NCBI GenBank assembly: GCA_963674735.2
Contig: CAXXQS010000001.1
Coordinates: 2,016,001-2,080,000, forward strand
Direction: 5' to 3'
DNA: 64,000 nucleotides
DNA from: Myxococcota bacterium
GTDB lineage: Bacteria > Myxococcota_A > SURF-8
Below are positions 10,345-20,836 of the stretch, piece after piece (position 1 is the first letter of the stretch; the number at the start of each line of letters is the position of its first letter). The notes beneath the pieces were generated by a model that worked only from the letters and a program-made list of their open reading frames with translations, did no database searches and was not told the DNA's origin. Position numbers and translations under genes: made by a program.

Positions 10345-13300
10345 TTATACAAACCACCTTCTTCGTCGTCGAGCTGCGATCAGGCCAATGATCATTGCCC
10401 CGATCAACTCAAGACCGTTGCCGGACCCAGAGGTCGTGTGGCATCCGCCATCACCGCCACCAGTTCCCTCATCGCCATCGACGGGCGATTCATCACCATC
10501 CACCTGCGGCTCGTCGCCATCCACCGGCGGTTCATTACCGTCCACAAAATCCCCATCTCCGTCATCACCGTCCTCGAATTCATCGCCGTCTTCAAGGGGA
10601 TCATCGCCATCCGCGACATCGTCACCGTCAACCTCTCCGTCACCGTCAACCTCTCCGTCACCGTCCACAACTCCGTCGCCATCCACGGGTTCGTCACCAA
10701 CGTGGATGCAGGCACCCGATTCACAATAGTCATCGGTGTAGGCGATCCCATCATCAGGACATGCCGTACCATCGGCTTGCGCACCGTAGTCCTCGGCATC
10801 TTCCTCCGAATTGCAGATCATGCAGGGATTATTCGGATCCTTCTGATCTTCGGCGACACACGCTCCCTCGATCAGACAGCCGGCATAGAGCACATGCTCA
10901 CACAGTCCCGCACCGTCACATTCATCCGCCGTACATTCCAGGGAGTCATCCGAACAAGGATAACTTTCCGCCTGGTAGCTCCAACCGGCCCGATCCTTCT
11001 CCGGATCGCAGACTTCGCATACGTTCTGGGGATTTTCAGCGCCACCCTGGAAGGTATCTTCACCGATAACACATTCGTCACGATCGACGTGCTCGCAAAC
11101 GCTGCTACCATCGCAGTAGTCATCTGTGTAATCCAAACCGTCGTCCGCACAAGGAACCCCGTTCGTTTTGGCGGAAAAGCCGTCGGTCGCCAGATTCGGC
11201 AGACAGGCCTCGCAATCGTTCGCCGGATTGTCGACGTCTTCGGCAACGCAGGCATCTTCGATCAGACAACCGGTGTAAAGATTATGCTCGCAGGTCCCCT
11301 GACCATCGCAGACGTCCCAGGTGCAATCCAAATCGTCCGTTTCGCAAGGGAAGTCCACCGCGCGGGTCGACCAGGCCACCGGGTCGTTATCCGCATCGCA
11401 GAATTCGCAAAGGTTGGCCGGGTTAGCGGCATTGGCGTCGTACACGGTTTCATCGATCAGGCACTCGCCCGTCTTCTCATGCGTACATACACCCTCCTGA
11501 CAAGAATCTGCCGTATAGACGATATCATCATCCGTGCACACCACACCATTCGCCACAGCGCTATAGGCCGATATGGAAACAGCGGGAATACAGGCCATGC
11601 ATTCATTGTTCGGATCGAGCGTATTCTCTTCGACACATGTATCCTCGATCACGCAGCCCGTATCAATGGGATGAATGCAGCTCCCGGTGCCGTCGCAAAC
11701 ATCGCTTGTGCAGGCCAGTTCATCATCAGCACACGCCGTCTGGTTCGCCAGATTGGTCCAAGTGGTTTTACTGACGGAAGGCTTGCAATACTGGCAATCG
11801 TTATCGGGATTCAGGTCGTTCTCGCTGTAGGTAACATCCTCAATGACACAATACTTGCTGTCGTCGTGAATGCAACTTCCCTGCCCGTCGCAATAGTCGT
11901 CGGTGTAGTCGAATCCATCATCCGTGCAGGCCACGCCTACTTCTTTCGAAGAGTACGCATCTGCCGTCGTATCGGGGATGCAGGCGGCACACTCGTTTTC
12001 GGGATCTTCAGTCCCTTCGGCGACACAGGTTTCGTCGATCAGACATCCCACGGTAAGTTCGTGCGCGCACGCACCTTCACCATCACAGAAATCGGCGGTG
12101 CAATCCCGTTCATCGTCAGAACAGGCCACCGATGTGTCGCTGGGCGACCATTGATCTTCCGACTCCAACGGCGCACACACTTCGCAGACATTCTCCGGGT
12201 TGCTCTCGCCGTCGTCATAGCTTTCATCACCGATATTGCAAATACGGATGCAAGCACCGCCTTCCATCGGGCAGCGCCACCCGTTCTCGATGTTCAAACA
12301 ATTTCCGCTGCAGCCATCTCCCGGCTCGTTGCCGCCATCGTCGCAAAGTTCACCAGTGACAACCGTTCCGTCTCCGCAGTCGGCGGTACAAGCCGAGGCT
12401 CCGGTGTCCGAAACGAACCCGTTCTCACAGGGTATACAAGCGATCTTCCCTGTCTGGCCCGCATAGGTATTGGTCGGGCAGTCATCACAGGCAACTTTAC
12501 CCGACTCTTCCGAGAACGTCCCCACCGGGCAGGCTTGGCAGGAGGTTGCACTGGCTGCGTAGGACCCCGCCTCGCAAACGTCGCATACCTCCGCGCCCTC
12601 GGTATCGTTCACATAGCCTTCCTCGCAGGGGATACATTCGCTTTGTCCGGTGAGCTCGACGTATGTTCCCACAGGACAAGCCGTGCAACTCTCGCCGCCC
12701 GTTTCCGAAGCGTAGGATCCGGCAGCGCATGGTTCACAAGCAGATGCTCCGGACTGAGCGGCATAAGTTCCAACCGCACAAAGTTCACATGACTCGCTGC
12801 CTGTTGCGCTGGCGTACGACCCGGCGGCACAAAGCACACAAGCACTCTGTCCGATAAGATCGTTGTACGTACCCACAGGGCAGAACTGGCAGGCATCATC
12901 GCTCGTCATCCCACTGCTCGGATTGTACGTTCCCGCCGCACACGCGGAGCATGCCTGTCCATTCCCCCAATAGCCAGGATTGCATGCACAGGTGAAGGAA
13001 CCGTCCGTATCCGTGCAGGTACCATTGGAATCGCAGTTGTCTGCCTGCGTGGCACATTCATTGATGTTGCTACATGTGGTGCCATTACCTTCGTAACCTT
13101 CATTGCAAGTACAGGTAAAGGAACCTTCGATATCCTCGCAGGTGGCGTTGTCGTCGCAGTCGTCCAGGTTTGCTTCACACTCGTCGACATTCACACAGAC
13201 GATGGCACCTTCCGACGAATCGTAACCGTCCGGGCATTCTTGGCAAGACGTTTCCCCTGTTGACGAGTTGTAAAATCCTTCCGGACAATTTGTGCAAGAC

Positions 13301-16300
13301 GCTGCTCCGGCGACCGCGTTGAAGGTCCCAGCCGGACAAGCGTCGCAATGCACGACATCCAAGACGGGATCATGGGATCCGGTATTTCCCGTACCGGAAG
13401 CAAACTCACCCGGTGGACAGGCAAAGCAGGCGCTAAGGGCGGTAAACGGAGCGACGGTTCCCTCCAGACAGAGCGTGCATGAGGTTTGCCCGGTTTCCCC
13501 ATTGTAGGAACCCAGTTCACAAGGACTGCAGGATTGGCTGCCGGTTCCACTGGAATAGTATCCTTCGGGACAAGGAGTGCAGGCCGCCTGTCCCATATTT
13601 TCGCTGTACGTTCCGGCAACGCAAGCATTACAACTGGCCTGCCCTGCCTGATCCTGATACGTTCCGGCAACGCAGTCTTCACAACTGGCCTGACCCGTCT
13701 GATCGTTGTACGTTCCGGCGGCGCAGGCATTACAACTGGCCTGCCCCGTCTGATCCTGATACGTTCCGGCAACGCAGTCTTCACAACTGGCCTGACCCGT
13801 CTGATCCTGATACGTCCCGGCAACGCAGGCTTCACAACTGGCCTGACCCGTCTGATCTTGATACGTCCCGGCCGCGCAGGCATTACAACTGGCCTGCCCT
13901 GTCTGATCCTGATACGTCCCGGCCGCGCAGGCTTCACAACTGGCCTGCCCTGCCTGATCCTGATACGTTCCGGCAACGCAGGCATTACAACTGGCCTGAC
14001 CCGTCTGATCGTTGTACGTTCCCGGCGCACAGTATGCGCAGGAAATACTCCCCGCTTCGTCGGCATAAGTTCCGGCCTCACAAGCTATGGGTGAGGTGCT
14101 TGCATCGGCGCAGGAGTACCCCTCGGGACAGATCAAACATGAAAGAAAGCCTGTTTGGTCGGCGTAGTAGCCGTTACTGCAAGCCACTGGAGCGATACTT
14201 GCATCGGCGCAGGCATGACCTGTCGGACATACCGTACATTCTGTAGACCCAGAATTATCAGCGTAAAAGCCTTCATCACATGGCGTACATTCCGTGCTTC
14301 CGGTGCCAGAGGCATAGGTTCCAACCTCACAAGCTATGGGTGAGGTGCTTGCATCGGCGCAGGAGTACCCCTCGGGACAGATCAAACATGAAAGAAAGCC
14401 TGTTTGGTCGGCGTAGTAGCCGTCACTGCAAGCCACTGGAGCGATACTTGCATCGGCGCAGGCATGACCTGTCGGACATACCGTGCATTCTGTAGACCCA
14501 GAATTGTCGGCGTAAAAGCCTTCATCACATGGCGTACAAGTAGTTCCATTCCCGAAGTAACCCGCATCACACGCACACGTAAAACCGCCCGCTGTGTTTG
14601 TGCAGCTGGCGTTTGCGTCACAGTTGTTGCCGCCGCCTTCGCCCGAGCACTCGTCGTAATCGGTGCAGGTCACGCCGTCACCCGAGTATCCGCTGTTGCA
14701 GGCGCAGGTGAACGATCCTGCCGTGTTGCTGCAAGTAGCGTTCGCGTCACAGTTGTTGCCGCCGCCTTCGCCCGAGCACTCGTCGTAATCGGTGCAGCTC
14801 ACGCCGTCACCCGAGTATCCGCTGTTGCAGGCGCAGGTGAACGATCCTGCCGTGTTGCTGCAAGTAGCGTTCGCGTCGCAGTTGTTGCCGCCGCCTTCGC
14901 CCGAGCACTCGTCGTAATCGGTGCAGCTCACGCCGTCGCCCGAGTATCCGCTGTTGCAGGCGCAGGTGAACGATCCCGCCGTGTTGCTGCAAGTAGCGTT
15001 CGCGTCACAGTTGTTGCCGCCGCCTTCGCCCGAGCACTCGTCGTAATCGGTGCAGCTCACGCCGTCACCCGAGTATCCGCTGTTGCAGGCGCAGGTGAAC
15101 GATCCCGCCGTGTTGGTACAGCTGGCGTTTGCGTCGCAGTTGTTGCCGCCGCCTTCGCCCGAGCACTCGTCGTAATCGGTGCAGCTCACGCCGTCGCCCG
15201 AGTATCCGCTGTTGCAGGCGCAGGTGAACGATCCCGCCGTGTTGGTACAGCTGGCGTTTGCGTCGCAGTTGTTGCCGCCGCCTTCGCCCGAGCACTCGTC
15301 GTAATCGGTGCAGCTCACGCCGTCACCCGAGTATCCGCTGTTGCAGGCGCAGGTGAACGATCCCGCCGTGTTGCTGCAAGTAGCGTTTGCGTCGCAGTTG
15401 TTGCCGCCGCCTTCGCCCGAGCACTCGTCGTAATCGGTGCAGCTCACGCCGTCGCCCGAGTATCCGCTGTTGCAGGCGCAGGTGAACGATCCCGCCGTGT
15501 TGCTGCAAGTAGCGTTTGCGTCACAGTTGTTGCCGCCGCCTTCGCCCGAGCACTCGTCGTAATCGGTGCAGCTCACGCCGTCGCCCGAGTATCCGCTGTT
15601 GCAGGCGCAGGTGAACGATCCCGCCGTGTTGCTGCAAGTAGCGTTTGCGTCACAGTTGTTGCCGCCGCCTTCGCCCGAGCACTCGTCGTAATCGGTGCAG
15701 CTCACGCCGTCACCCGAGTATCCGCTGTTGCAGGCGCAGGTGAACGATCCTGCCGTGTTGCTGCAAGTAGCGTTCGCGTCGCAGTTGTTGCCGCCGCCTT
15801 CGCCCGAGCACTCGTCGTAATCGGTGCAGCTCACGCCGTCGCCCGAGTATCCGCTGTTGCAGGCGCAGGTGAACGATCCCGCCGTGTTGGTACAGCTGGC
15901 GTTTGCGTCACAGTTGTTGCCGCCGCCTTCGCCCGAGCACTCGTCGTAATCGGTGCAGCTCACGCCGTCACCCGAGTATCCGCTGTTGCAGGCGCAGGTG
16001 AACGATCCCGCCGTGTTGGTACAGCTGGCGTTTGCGTCACAGTTGTTGCCGCCGCCTTCGCCCGAGCATTCGTCGTAATCGGTGCAGCTCACCCCGTCGC
16101 CCGAGTATCCGCTGTTGCAGGCGCAGGTGAACGATCCCGCCGTGTTGCTGCAAGTAGCGTTTGCGTCACAGTTGTTGCCTCCGCCTTCGCCCGAGCACTC
16201 GTCGTAATCGGTGCAGGTCGTGGGCGACGCGCCATTGCACAGCCAACCGCTTTCGTCCTGGCAAGTGGAACTGCAGCCGTCTCCGCTGTCGGTGTCGCTG

Positions 16301-17697
16301 TCGTCGCAAGTTTCCCCGGATTCAACGGTCCCATTGCCGCAAACCGAACCGGCTTGAATTATCAGCGTGTAGTCCTCCGCTTCGCCATATCCTTGATCGC
16401 CCGTGGCGGTCGGCGCACCGTCATACTTCAACACAATACGCATGCGTGTTGACCCCAGACTTGCCGTGGCGGGAATCGTGATGGAAGTACTTGCCGTCAA
16501 CGGGTTCGTTGTCTCCAGCGACCCATCAGTTAAAACCGTAAAGGTCTCGCCGGAATCCCCGAAATTGTCGTTCTGGTTCCAGTCGATAAATGCGCTAATA
16601 TAATACGGATCAAGCGCATCACTGCTTGCCACCGTTATGCTCAACGTATGGGTGTCTTCGCGCGAAACCGTTGTGGATACGGAGGTGTAATCCCCATAGC
16701 CGTCGGTCGATTCGTAGCCGGTGTCTTTGTCGATGGTGTTGAACGTAACGTTGCTGATGGCGTCGTAGGTATTATCGCAGGTGATCGCCAGAGCGGATTG
16801 GACCGAAATCGTAAACGCCTCGGCAAAATTGTAGGTTCCGTCGTAGCTGTTGATGCGCACGGAATAGCTGCCCGCCGTCAGCGAGGCATTGGCCCGCAGG
16901 CTGGTCCCGCTGATGTTGAAGCTGCCGTTATCGGTGTCACCCGCGCCCGAAACAAGCGAGTAGGCATGCGTATCGCCACTGTTGGCGTCGGTGGTGCTCA
17001 GTGTGCCGACCACCGCATTGACGCCCGCGCCTTCGCTCAAAGTGTTGTTGCTCAGCGAAATATCCGTCGGAGCCATTGGTCCCAAAGTCCCTCTAATGTA
17101 AATCTCGTCGATGGCGGAGTTCGAGCCGCTGTCGATGACTCCAGACCACCCGCCGAGCGCCGTTGTATTGCGGGGCATCCAGCGAATACCAACGCTGGAG
17201 TTGGCCTCGCAGGCGCTAGGAAGTGAGTAATTGCTGATCGAAGCCCAGTAGCTCGATCCGGAATTCGGACTGCCCGGCAAATCCACTGTCGCTCCGTCGG
17301 TCCAGCCGGAACCGCAGTCATACTGCATCTTCCAGTACCGGGGGGAGGATTCGAAAGATGTCGCGTAAGCAAGATGCAGGGACGATACGGTAATGTTGGC
17401 AAAGCCCACCGTGCTGATATTTACATTCCAGTTGTCCGAAGTGGAGTCCCAGCCATCGTTCGAGTTGGCCTGAGTGCTGTTGGGCAGCCCCACACCCGAC
17501 CAGAAAAGCGCCGAGACTCCGGAAGTATTCAGTTGTTTACCCACATTGGCGCTTGCTCCGCCTGCGCTGTTGTTGGAATTCCAATAGGCAATATCATCGG
17601 CAAACGCCGTACCGACAAACAACAGAATAAATGCCAGCACTTGCGTTGCCGTTTTTAGTAGTGCCACCCAACGTCTGGAGGTTGCAAATCCCATCAT
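10345..17697 (-). CDS. Giant secreted Cys-rich surface protein (cadherin-like, GEVED, Myxococcus Cys-rich repeat, 13x cbEGF, ephrin-receptor/TNFR-like Cys repeats, DGD linker, MYXO-CTERM-like anchor), 2450 aa
   Basis: Signal peptide (...GTAFA). APTDISLSN...VGTLSTTD is cadherin-like. AFIDWNQNDNF...GEAEDY is GEVED. CGNGTVESGETCDD...GDGCS matches the myxobacterial Cys-rich repeat. D-x-D-E-C...C-x-N-x-x-G-S-F-x-C are EGF repeats. The C-terminus is GGDGGC + TM + RRRRR. Confidence 0.9.
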   Translation of the reverse strand: MMGFATSRRWVALLKTATQVLAFILLFVGTAFADDIAYWNSNNSAGGASANVGKQLNTSGVSALFWSGVGLPNSTQANSNDGWDSTSDNWNVNISTVGFANITVSSLHLAYATSFESSPRYWKMQYDCGSGWTDGATVDLPGSPNSGSSYWASISNYSLPSACEANSSVGIRWMPRNTTALGGWSGVIDSGSNSAIDEIYIRGTLGPMAPTDISLSNNTLSEGAGVNAVVGTLSTTDANSGDTHAYSLVSGAGDTDNGSFNISGTSLRANASLTAGSYSVRINSYDGTYNFAEAFTISVQSALAITCDNTYDAISNVTFNTIDKDTGYESTDGYGDYTSVSTTVSREDTHTLSITVASSDALDPYYISAFIDWNQNDNFGDSGETFTVLTDGSLETTNPLTASTSITIPATASLGSTRMRIVLKYDGAPTATGDQGYGEAEDYTLIIQAGSVCGNGTVESGETCDDSDTDSGDGCSSTCQDESGWLCNGASPTTCTDYDECSGEGGGNNCDANATCSNTAGSFTCACNSGYSGDGVSCTDYDECSGEGGGNNCDANASCTNTAGSFTCACNSGYSGDGVSCTDYDECSGEGGGNNCDANASCTNTAGSFTCACNSGYSGDGVSCTDYDECSGEGGGNNCDANATCSNTAGSFTCACNSGYSGDGVSCTDYDECSGEGGGNNCDANATCSNTAGSFTCACNSGYSGDGVSCTDYDECSGEGGGNNCDANATCSNTAGSFTCACNSGYSGDGVSCTDYDECSGEGGGNNCDANATCSNTAGSFTCACNSGYSGDGVSCTDYDECSGEGGGNNCDANASCTNTAGSFTCACNSGYSGDGVSCTDYDECSGEGGGNNCDANASCTNTAGSFTCACNSGYSGDGVSCTDYDECSGEGGGNNCDANATCSNTAGSFTCACNSGYSGDGVSCTDYDECSGEGGGNNCDANATCSNTAGSFTCACNSGYSGDGVSCTDYDECSGEGGGNNCDANATCSNTAGSFTCACNSGYSGDGVTCTDYDECSGEGGGNNCDANASCTNTAGGFTCACDAGYFGNGTTCTPCDEGFYADNSGSTECTVCPTGHACADASIAPVACSDGYYADQTGFLSCLICPEGYSCADASTSPIACEVGTYASGTGSTECTPCDEGFYADNSGSTECTVCPTGHACADASIAPVACSNGYYADQTGFLSCLICPEGYSCADASTSPIACEAGTYADEAGSISCAYCAPGTYNDQTGQASCNACVAGTYQDQAGQASCEACAAGTYQDQTGQASCNACAAGTYQDQTGQASCEACVAGTYQDQTGQASCEDCVAGTYQDQTGQASCNACAAGTYNDQTGQASCEDCVAGTYQDQAGQASCNACVAGTYSENMGQAACTPCPEGYYSSGTGSQSCSPCELGSYNGETGQTSCTLCLEGTVAPFTALSACFACPPGEFASGTGNTGSHDPVLDVVHCDACPAGTFNAVAGAASCTNCPEGFYNSSTGETSCQECPDGYDSSEGAIVCVNVDECEANLDDCDDNATCEDIEGSFTCTCNEGYEGNGTTCSNINECATQADNCDSNGTCTDTDGSFTCACNPGYWGNGQACSACAAGTYNPSSGMTSDDACQFCPVGTYNDLIGQSACVLCAAGSYASATGSESCELCAVGTYAAQSGASACEPCAAGSYASETGGESCTACPVGTYVELTGQSECIPCEEGYVNDTEGAEVCDVCEAGSYAASATSCQACPVGTFSEESGKVACDDCPTNTYAGQTGKIACIPCENGFVSDTGASACTADCGDGTVVTGELCDDGGNEPGDGCSGNCLNIENGWRCPMEGGACIRICNIGDESYDDGESNPENVCEVCAPLESEDQWSPSDTSVACSDDERDCTADFCDGEGACAHELTVGCLIDETCVAEGTEDPENECAACIPDTTADAYSSKEVGVACTDDGFDYTDDYCDGQGSCIHDDSKYCVIEDVTYSENDLNPDNDCQYCKPSVSKTTWTNLANQTACADDELACTSDVCDGTGSCIHPIDTGCVIEDTCVEENTLDPNNECMACIPAVSISAYSAVANGVVCTDDDIVYTADSCQEGVCTHEKTGECLIDETVYDANAANPANLCEFCDADNDPVAWSTRAVDFPCETDDLDCTWDVCDGQGTCEHNLYTGCLIEDACVAEDVDNPANDCEACLPNLATDGFSAKTNGVPCADDGLDYTDDYCDGSSVCEHVDRDECVIGEDTFQGGAENPQNVCEVCDPEKDRAGWSYQAESYPCSDDSLECTADECDGAGLCEHVLYAGCLIEGACVAEDQKDPNNPCMICNSEEDAEDYGAQADGTACPDDGIAYTDDYCESGACIHVGDEPVDGDGVVDGDGEVDGDGEVDGDDVADGDDPLEDGDEFEDGDDGDGDFVDGNEPPVDGDEPQVDGDESPVDGDEGTGGGDGGCHTTSGSGNGLELIGAMIIGLIAARRRRRWFV
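13620..14030 (-). repeat. 51-bp (17-aa) coding tandem repeat, about 8 near-identical copies
   Basis: C(A/V)AGTY(Q/N)DQ(T/A)GQASC(N/E)(A/D) units. Confidence 0.9.
14045..14538 (-). repeat. 249-bp (83-aa) coding tandem duplication
   Basis: CATCACATGGCGTAC recurs at 14274 and 14523. TPCDEGFYADNSG...SPIACE occurs twice. Confidence 0.9.
14539..16215 (-). repeat. 129-bp (43-aa) coding tandem repeat, 13 copies (calcium-binding EGF-like)
   Basis: TCGTCGTAATCGGTG recurs every 129 bp from 14651 to 16199. Unit: TDYDECSGEGGGNNCDANA(TCS/SCT)NTAGSFTCACNSGYSGDGVSC. Confidence 0.97.
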
Positions 17698-18127
17698 GTT
17701 TTCCTCATTTCAATATCTGATTCAGTTTTCTACGTTGCCCGCATCGGAGCTAGCGGGCTTCGCAATAGCTTGGTCGATCATTACTCACTGATAAAAACGT
17801 CTCGGGCGTCACACAGGCTCTTTTACAATCGGCATTCTTGGAGCCAGTACGCAAACGTTGCCTGCCTATTTGCCTACTCATAACATCGACCATAAAACTT
17901 AAAATTGAAGTGCTATTTGGGGTCGCGACTCTTTTCCGTCAATCCTCAGACAAGCGGAGAGTCGTAAAAGCCTTTGAGATCATGCAGATATACGCGATTC
18001 GAAGAACACGATACCCGCTCGTGGATACCGAGAACACCATCAGGCGCGATTCGGCGGCACCCGCATGAGAGTAAACAACTTTTATGCGTGGGAGCGAAAC
18101 TCGAACGTTCCATATTTCGGATTAAAG

Positions 18128-18468
18128 AAAATCAGCGCTTGAGACGAAAAAGCCAATGATTTCAAGGGAATATTTCGATGGTTGCAATCGGTTAGCGAGT
18201 GCAATCATCAAACTATCGCTGTAGCCACTCGAAATATCCGGTGATTCTGTACCGTTACAGGTTGACAACCTTTAGAGGGTTTTCGACGCCGAGTTGCACG
18301 GGCTCCACCAATTTTTCAGCATCGAACCCGCTCTCTGTTAGATCAGGGAGGCGGGTTTCGTGTTTCTGGAGTGGTCTATATCTGCTTGAATATCAAAGGG
18401 ATTTCGCTTTCAGTCGCCGACAAAGCAACCAACCCAGAACGGACAGCGCAACCACACATCCCGCCTAT
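18128..18468 (+). repeat. ~340-bp non-coding direct repeat, copy A (attP-like junction, core CTCCACCA at 18303-18310)
   Basis: Aligns with 20837-21175. The left arm is nearly identical and the right arm is more diverged. GCAACCA/GTAGCCA motifs lie on both sides of the core, with a hairpin just after CCA. Confidence 0.9.
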
Positions 18469-19073
18469 CATCGGCCAATTCTCGGCGGTTCTTTCTCTGT
18501 TTCTCTGAAATTTCGCTCCGTAGAAGACTCATTGAGGCCGGAGAATGGCCAGTCCTGCCTGTCCAAAAATCTACCGATGAAAACGACCCCGAATTGCCCT
18601 GATTTCATGTCCACAAGCCATGTCCAAAAGCCTGCAACAACCAAATGGTTGTGGACAGTTGTATTTTAGTACGAAAGTCGGTATCCACGGCGGTCGATAA
18701 TAATATCAATACCTTGGAAACCAAGCCGCGTCGCCAGACGCAAAAACAAGCGGCGAGTTTCATGTATTGAGTATACAAAAATTGGGCTTGCGTCAAACCC
18801 GCTGGATTCGTATAATGATCTCGCTCCCTTACAAGGCCACGGTTTATGATCGGGCCCTCGTAGAGGGTATGAAGAATTTTGTCCGCGTTGAAATTACGTG
18901 CTTTTTCGAGACTGTCCCTTAAATCTGCTTTCCTCTTTGAGAGGAATCTCCTTTTCGCCTGAACCAGACCGACTAGACCGCGAAGTTCAGACTTGCCGTT
19001 AAAGGAAACACTCATGAATCGCAAGGAAACCGTGAAATCAATCACCGATGCTGAAAGTGAATGTAGAAGCACC

Positions 19074-20809
19074 ATGCGAATAGTCTTGACGGCGGTTGCC
19101 CTTGTTTCGACGCTGTGCTCGTACGCCCATGCAGATCAGACGATTGAAGCGACCTTCCCAGCGCACATGTCCGAACCGGAACACGTAGAAACACTTTTGG
19201 AACCACTCGACATCGAGGGGATACTGAAGGCGGCGGAAACCCGCTCGGGTTGGATTGAGCCATTGCCTGAAGAGGAACTGCCGAGCAGATTTTCCTGGCA
19301 TGACTTTGAGGGCGAAGATTGGATGAGCCCGGTCCGCAGCCAGGGAAGCTGCGGATCCTGCTGGACGTTCGGTGCGCTGGCGGCACTTGAAGGCCATATT
19401 AACCTTGCCATGAACGATTCCGGTTTCGATATGGATCTCTCCGAGCAGTTCATGGTCGCTTGCGGGGCGGGTAGCTGCGCCAGTGGAGGAATGGCGGAGG
19501 AAGTGCTGTTGGATTTGCAGACTGAGGGTATTCCAGATGAAGCCTGTTACCCCTATTTAGCCGAAGAAGGCGAATGCGCGGACACCTGCTCCGATTGGCG
19601 GGACCGGGTAATCAAGATCTATGACTGGTATATCCTGATCAGTCCAACCGAGGAGCAGTTGAAGACCGAGTTGTTGAACGGACCCATGCCGGTCACCATG
19701 CGGGTGGAAGGAAGCTTTCACAGTTACAATTCCGAAAGCGGTGTGTTTGTGGGTAGCGAGACTCCTTGCGGATTTTTGAAAACCAAGTGAACCATGTGGT
19801 CGCGCTTGTCGGTTGGGACGATGACGATGATTGCTGGATCGCTAAAAACAGTTGGGACGACGACTGGGGTGAGAACGGCTACTTCCGCATCAAGCGTGGC
19901 ACTTCGTGCCTGGGCTCGTTTACCGCCAACTGGCTGCGCGTGGACGACACCACCATTCCAGGTAGCGGGCGCACGGCTGCTATTTGCGGTCCCGTGACGG
20001 TCTCTCAGGAGGTGGACGTCGAACAAGGAGAAACAAGCGAGAATGCAGTCGAGATCACGTTGACCAACTGCGGTAATGTGTCCACACCTTGGTCCGTGCT
20101 TGAAGATGCCCGGGAATGGGCCCAGTGGCTGTCGATTTCGCCGCTCGAGGGAACGCTGGAGGCGGGAGCGAGCGAAACGGTGTCCGTAACGGTTCTGGGC
20201 GACGGCAAAGAATTGGGCAATTACCAGCTTCACCTCGATTTCGAGCCCCTGAAAACTGGCGAAGCCTACGGCTTCGACTTGACCGTGAACATCATGGAAG
20301 AACAGCCGGATGGCGACATGGATGAAGACGGCGATGCCGAAAGCGAAACCGATGCTGAAGCCGCCTGTATCGAAGAAGGTGGAAGTATTGCGGTGATCCC
20401 TGGTGGACCTTCCTGCTGCGAGGGTCTCTCGGCGATCGGCTGCGACAGCCCGCAGGATGACGGATCTTGCCCCATGGGTTGCGAGGGATCGGTCTTCTGT
20501 GCCAACTGCGGAAACGATATCTGTGGACCGGGAGAGAACAATTGCAATTGTCCCGAGGACTGCACCGCCCCAACGGACGGAGACGGTGAGACCGATGACG
20601 CTATCACACCCGATGGGGACACGGTTCCCGATGGGGATAGTTTTTCTGACTCTGACAGCGATGGAATCCCGGACAAAGACAAGGAAAGCCTTGGCAGCGG
20701 GGATGGAAGTTGTCGTAGCGCAGGCAGCCCAGGCGGCGTGCTGTTTTCGTTGTGGCTGCTCGGTTGCCTGCTCGTCTGTCGTCGCATGAGATTCGCCCAA
20801 GGTCGATAG
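19074..20809 (+). CDS. Secreted papain-family (C1A) cysteine peptidase with Ig/BACON-like domain, DGD linker and MYXO-CTERM-like anchor; single-base frameshift near 19775
   Basis: Signal peptide, then QGSCGSCW (catalytic Cys). NHVVALVGW and KNSW lie in the next frame, and adding one T to GGATTTTTGAA restores CGFFENQVNH. The C-terminus is GSGDGSC...TM...RRMR. Confidence 0.88.
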
Positions 20810-20836
20810 TTCCGACCTTCTATCCCTGTTACGGGA

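Noticed and set aside
14045-14538. 249-bp duplication as a DGR template/variable repeat pair
   Set aside because: Both copies are coding and adjacent, the differences are mostly synonymous and not adenine-specific, and there is no reverse transcriptase in the window.
13620-16215. Regular repeats as a CRISPR array
   Set aside because: The units are contiguous, a multiple of 3 long, have no unique spacers and lie in frame within a protein. There are no cas genes in the window.
10225-16452. Long + strand ORFs (10225-12792, 14404-16452, 13479-14246)
   Set aside because: These are antisense shadows of the Cys/Asp-rich giant gene with no domain signal.
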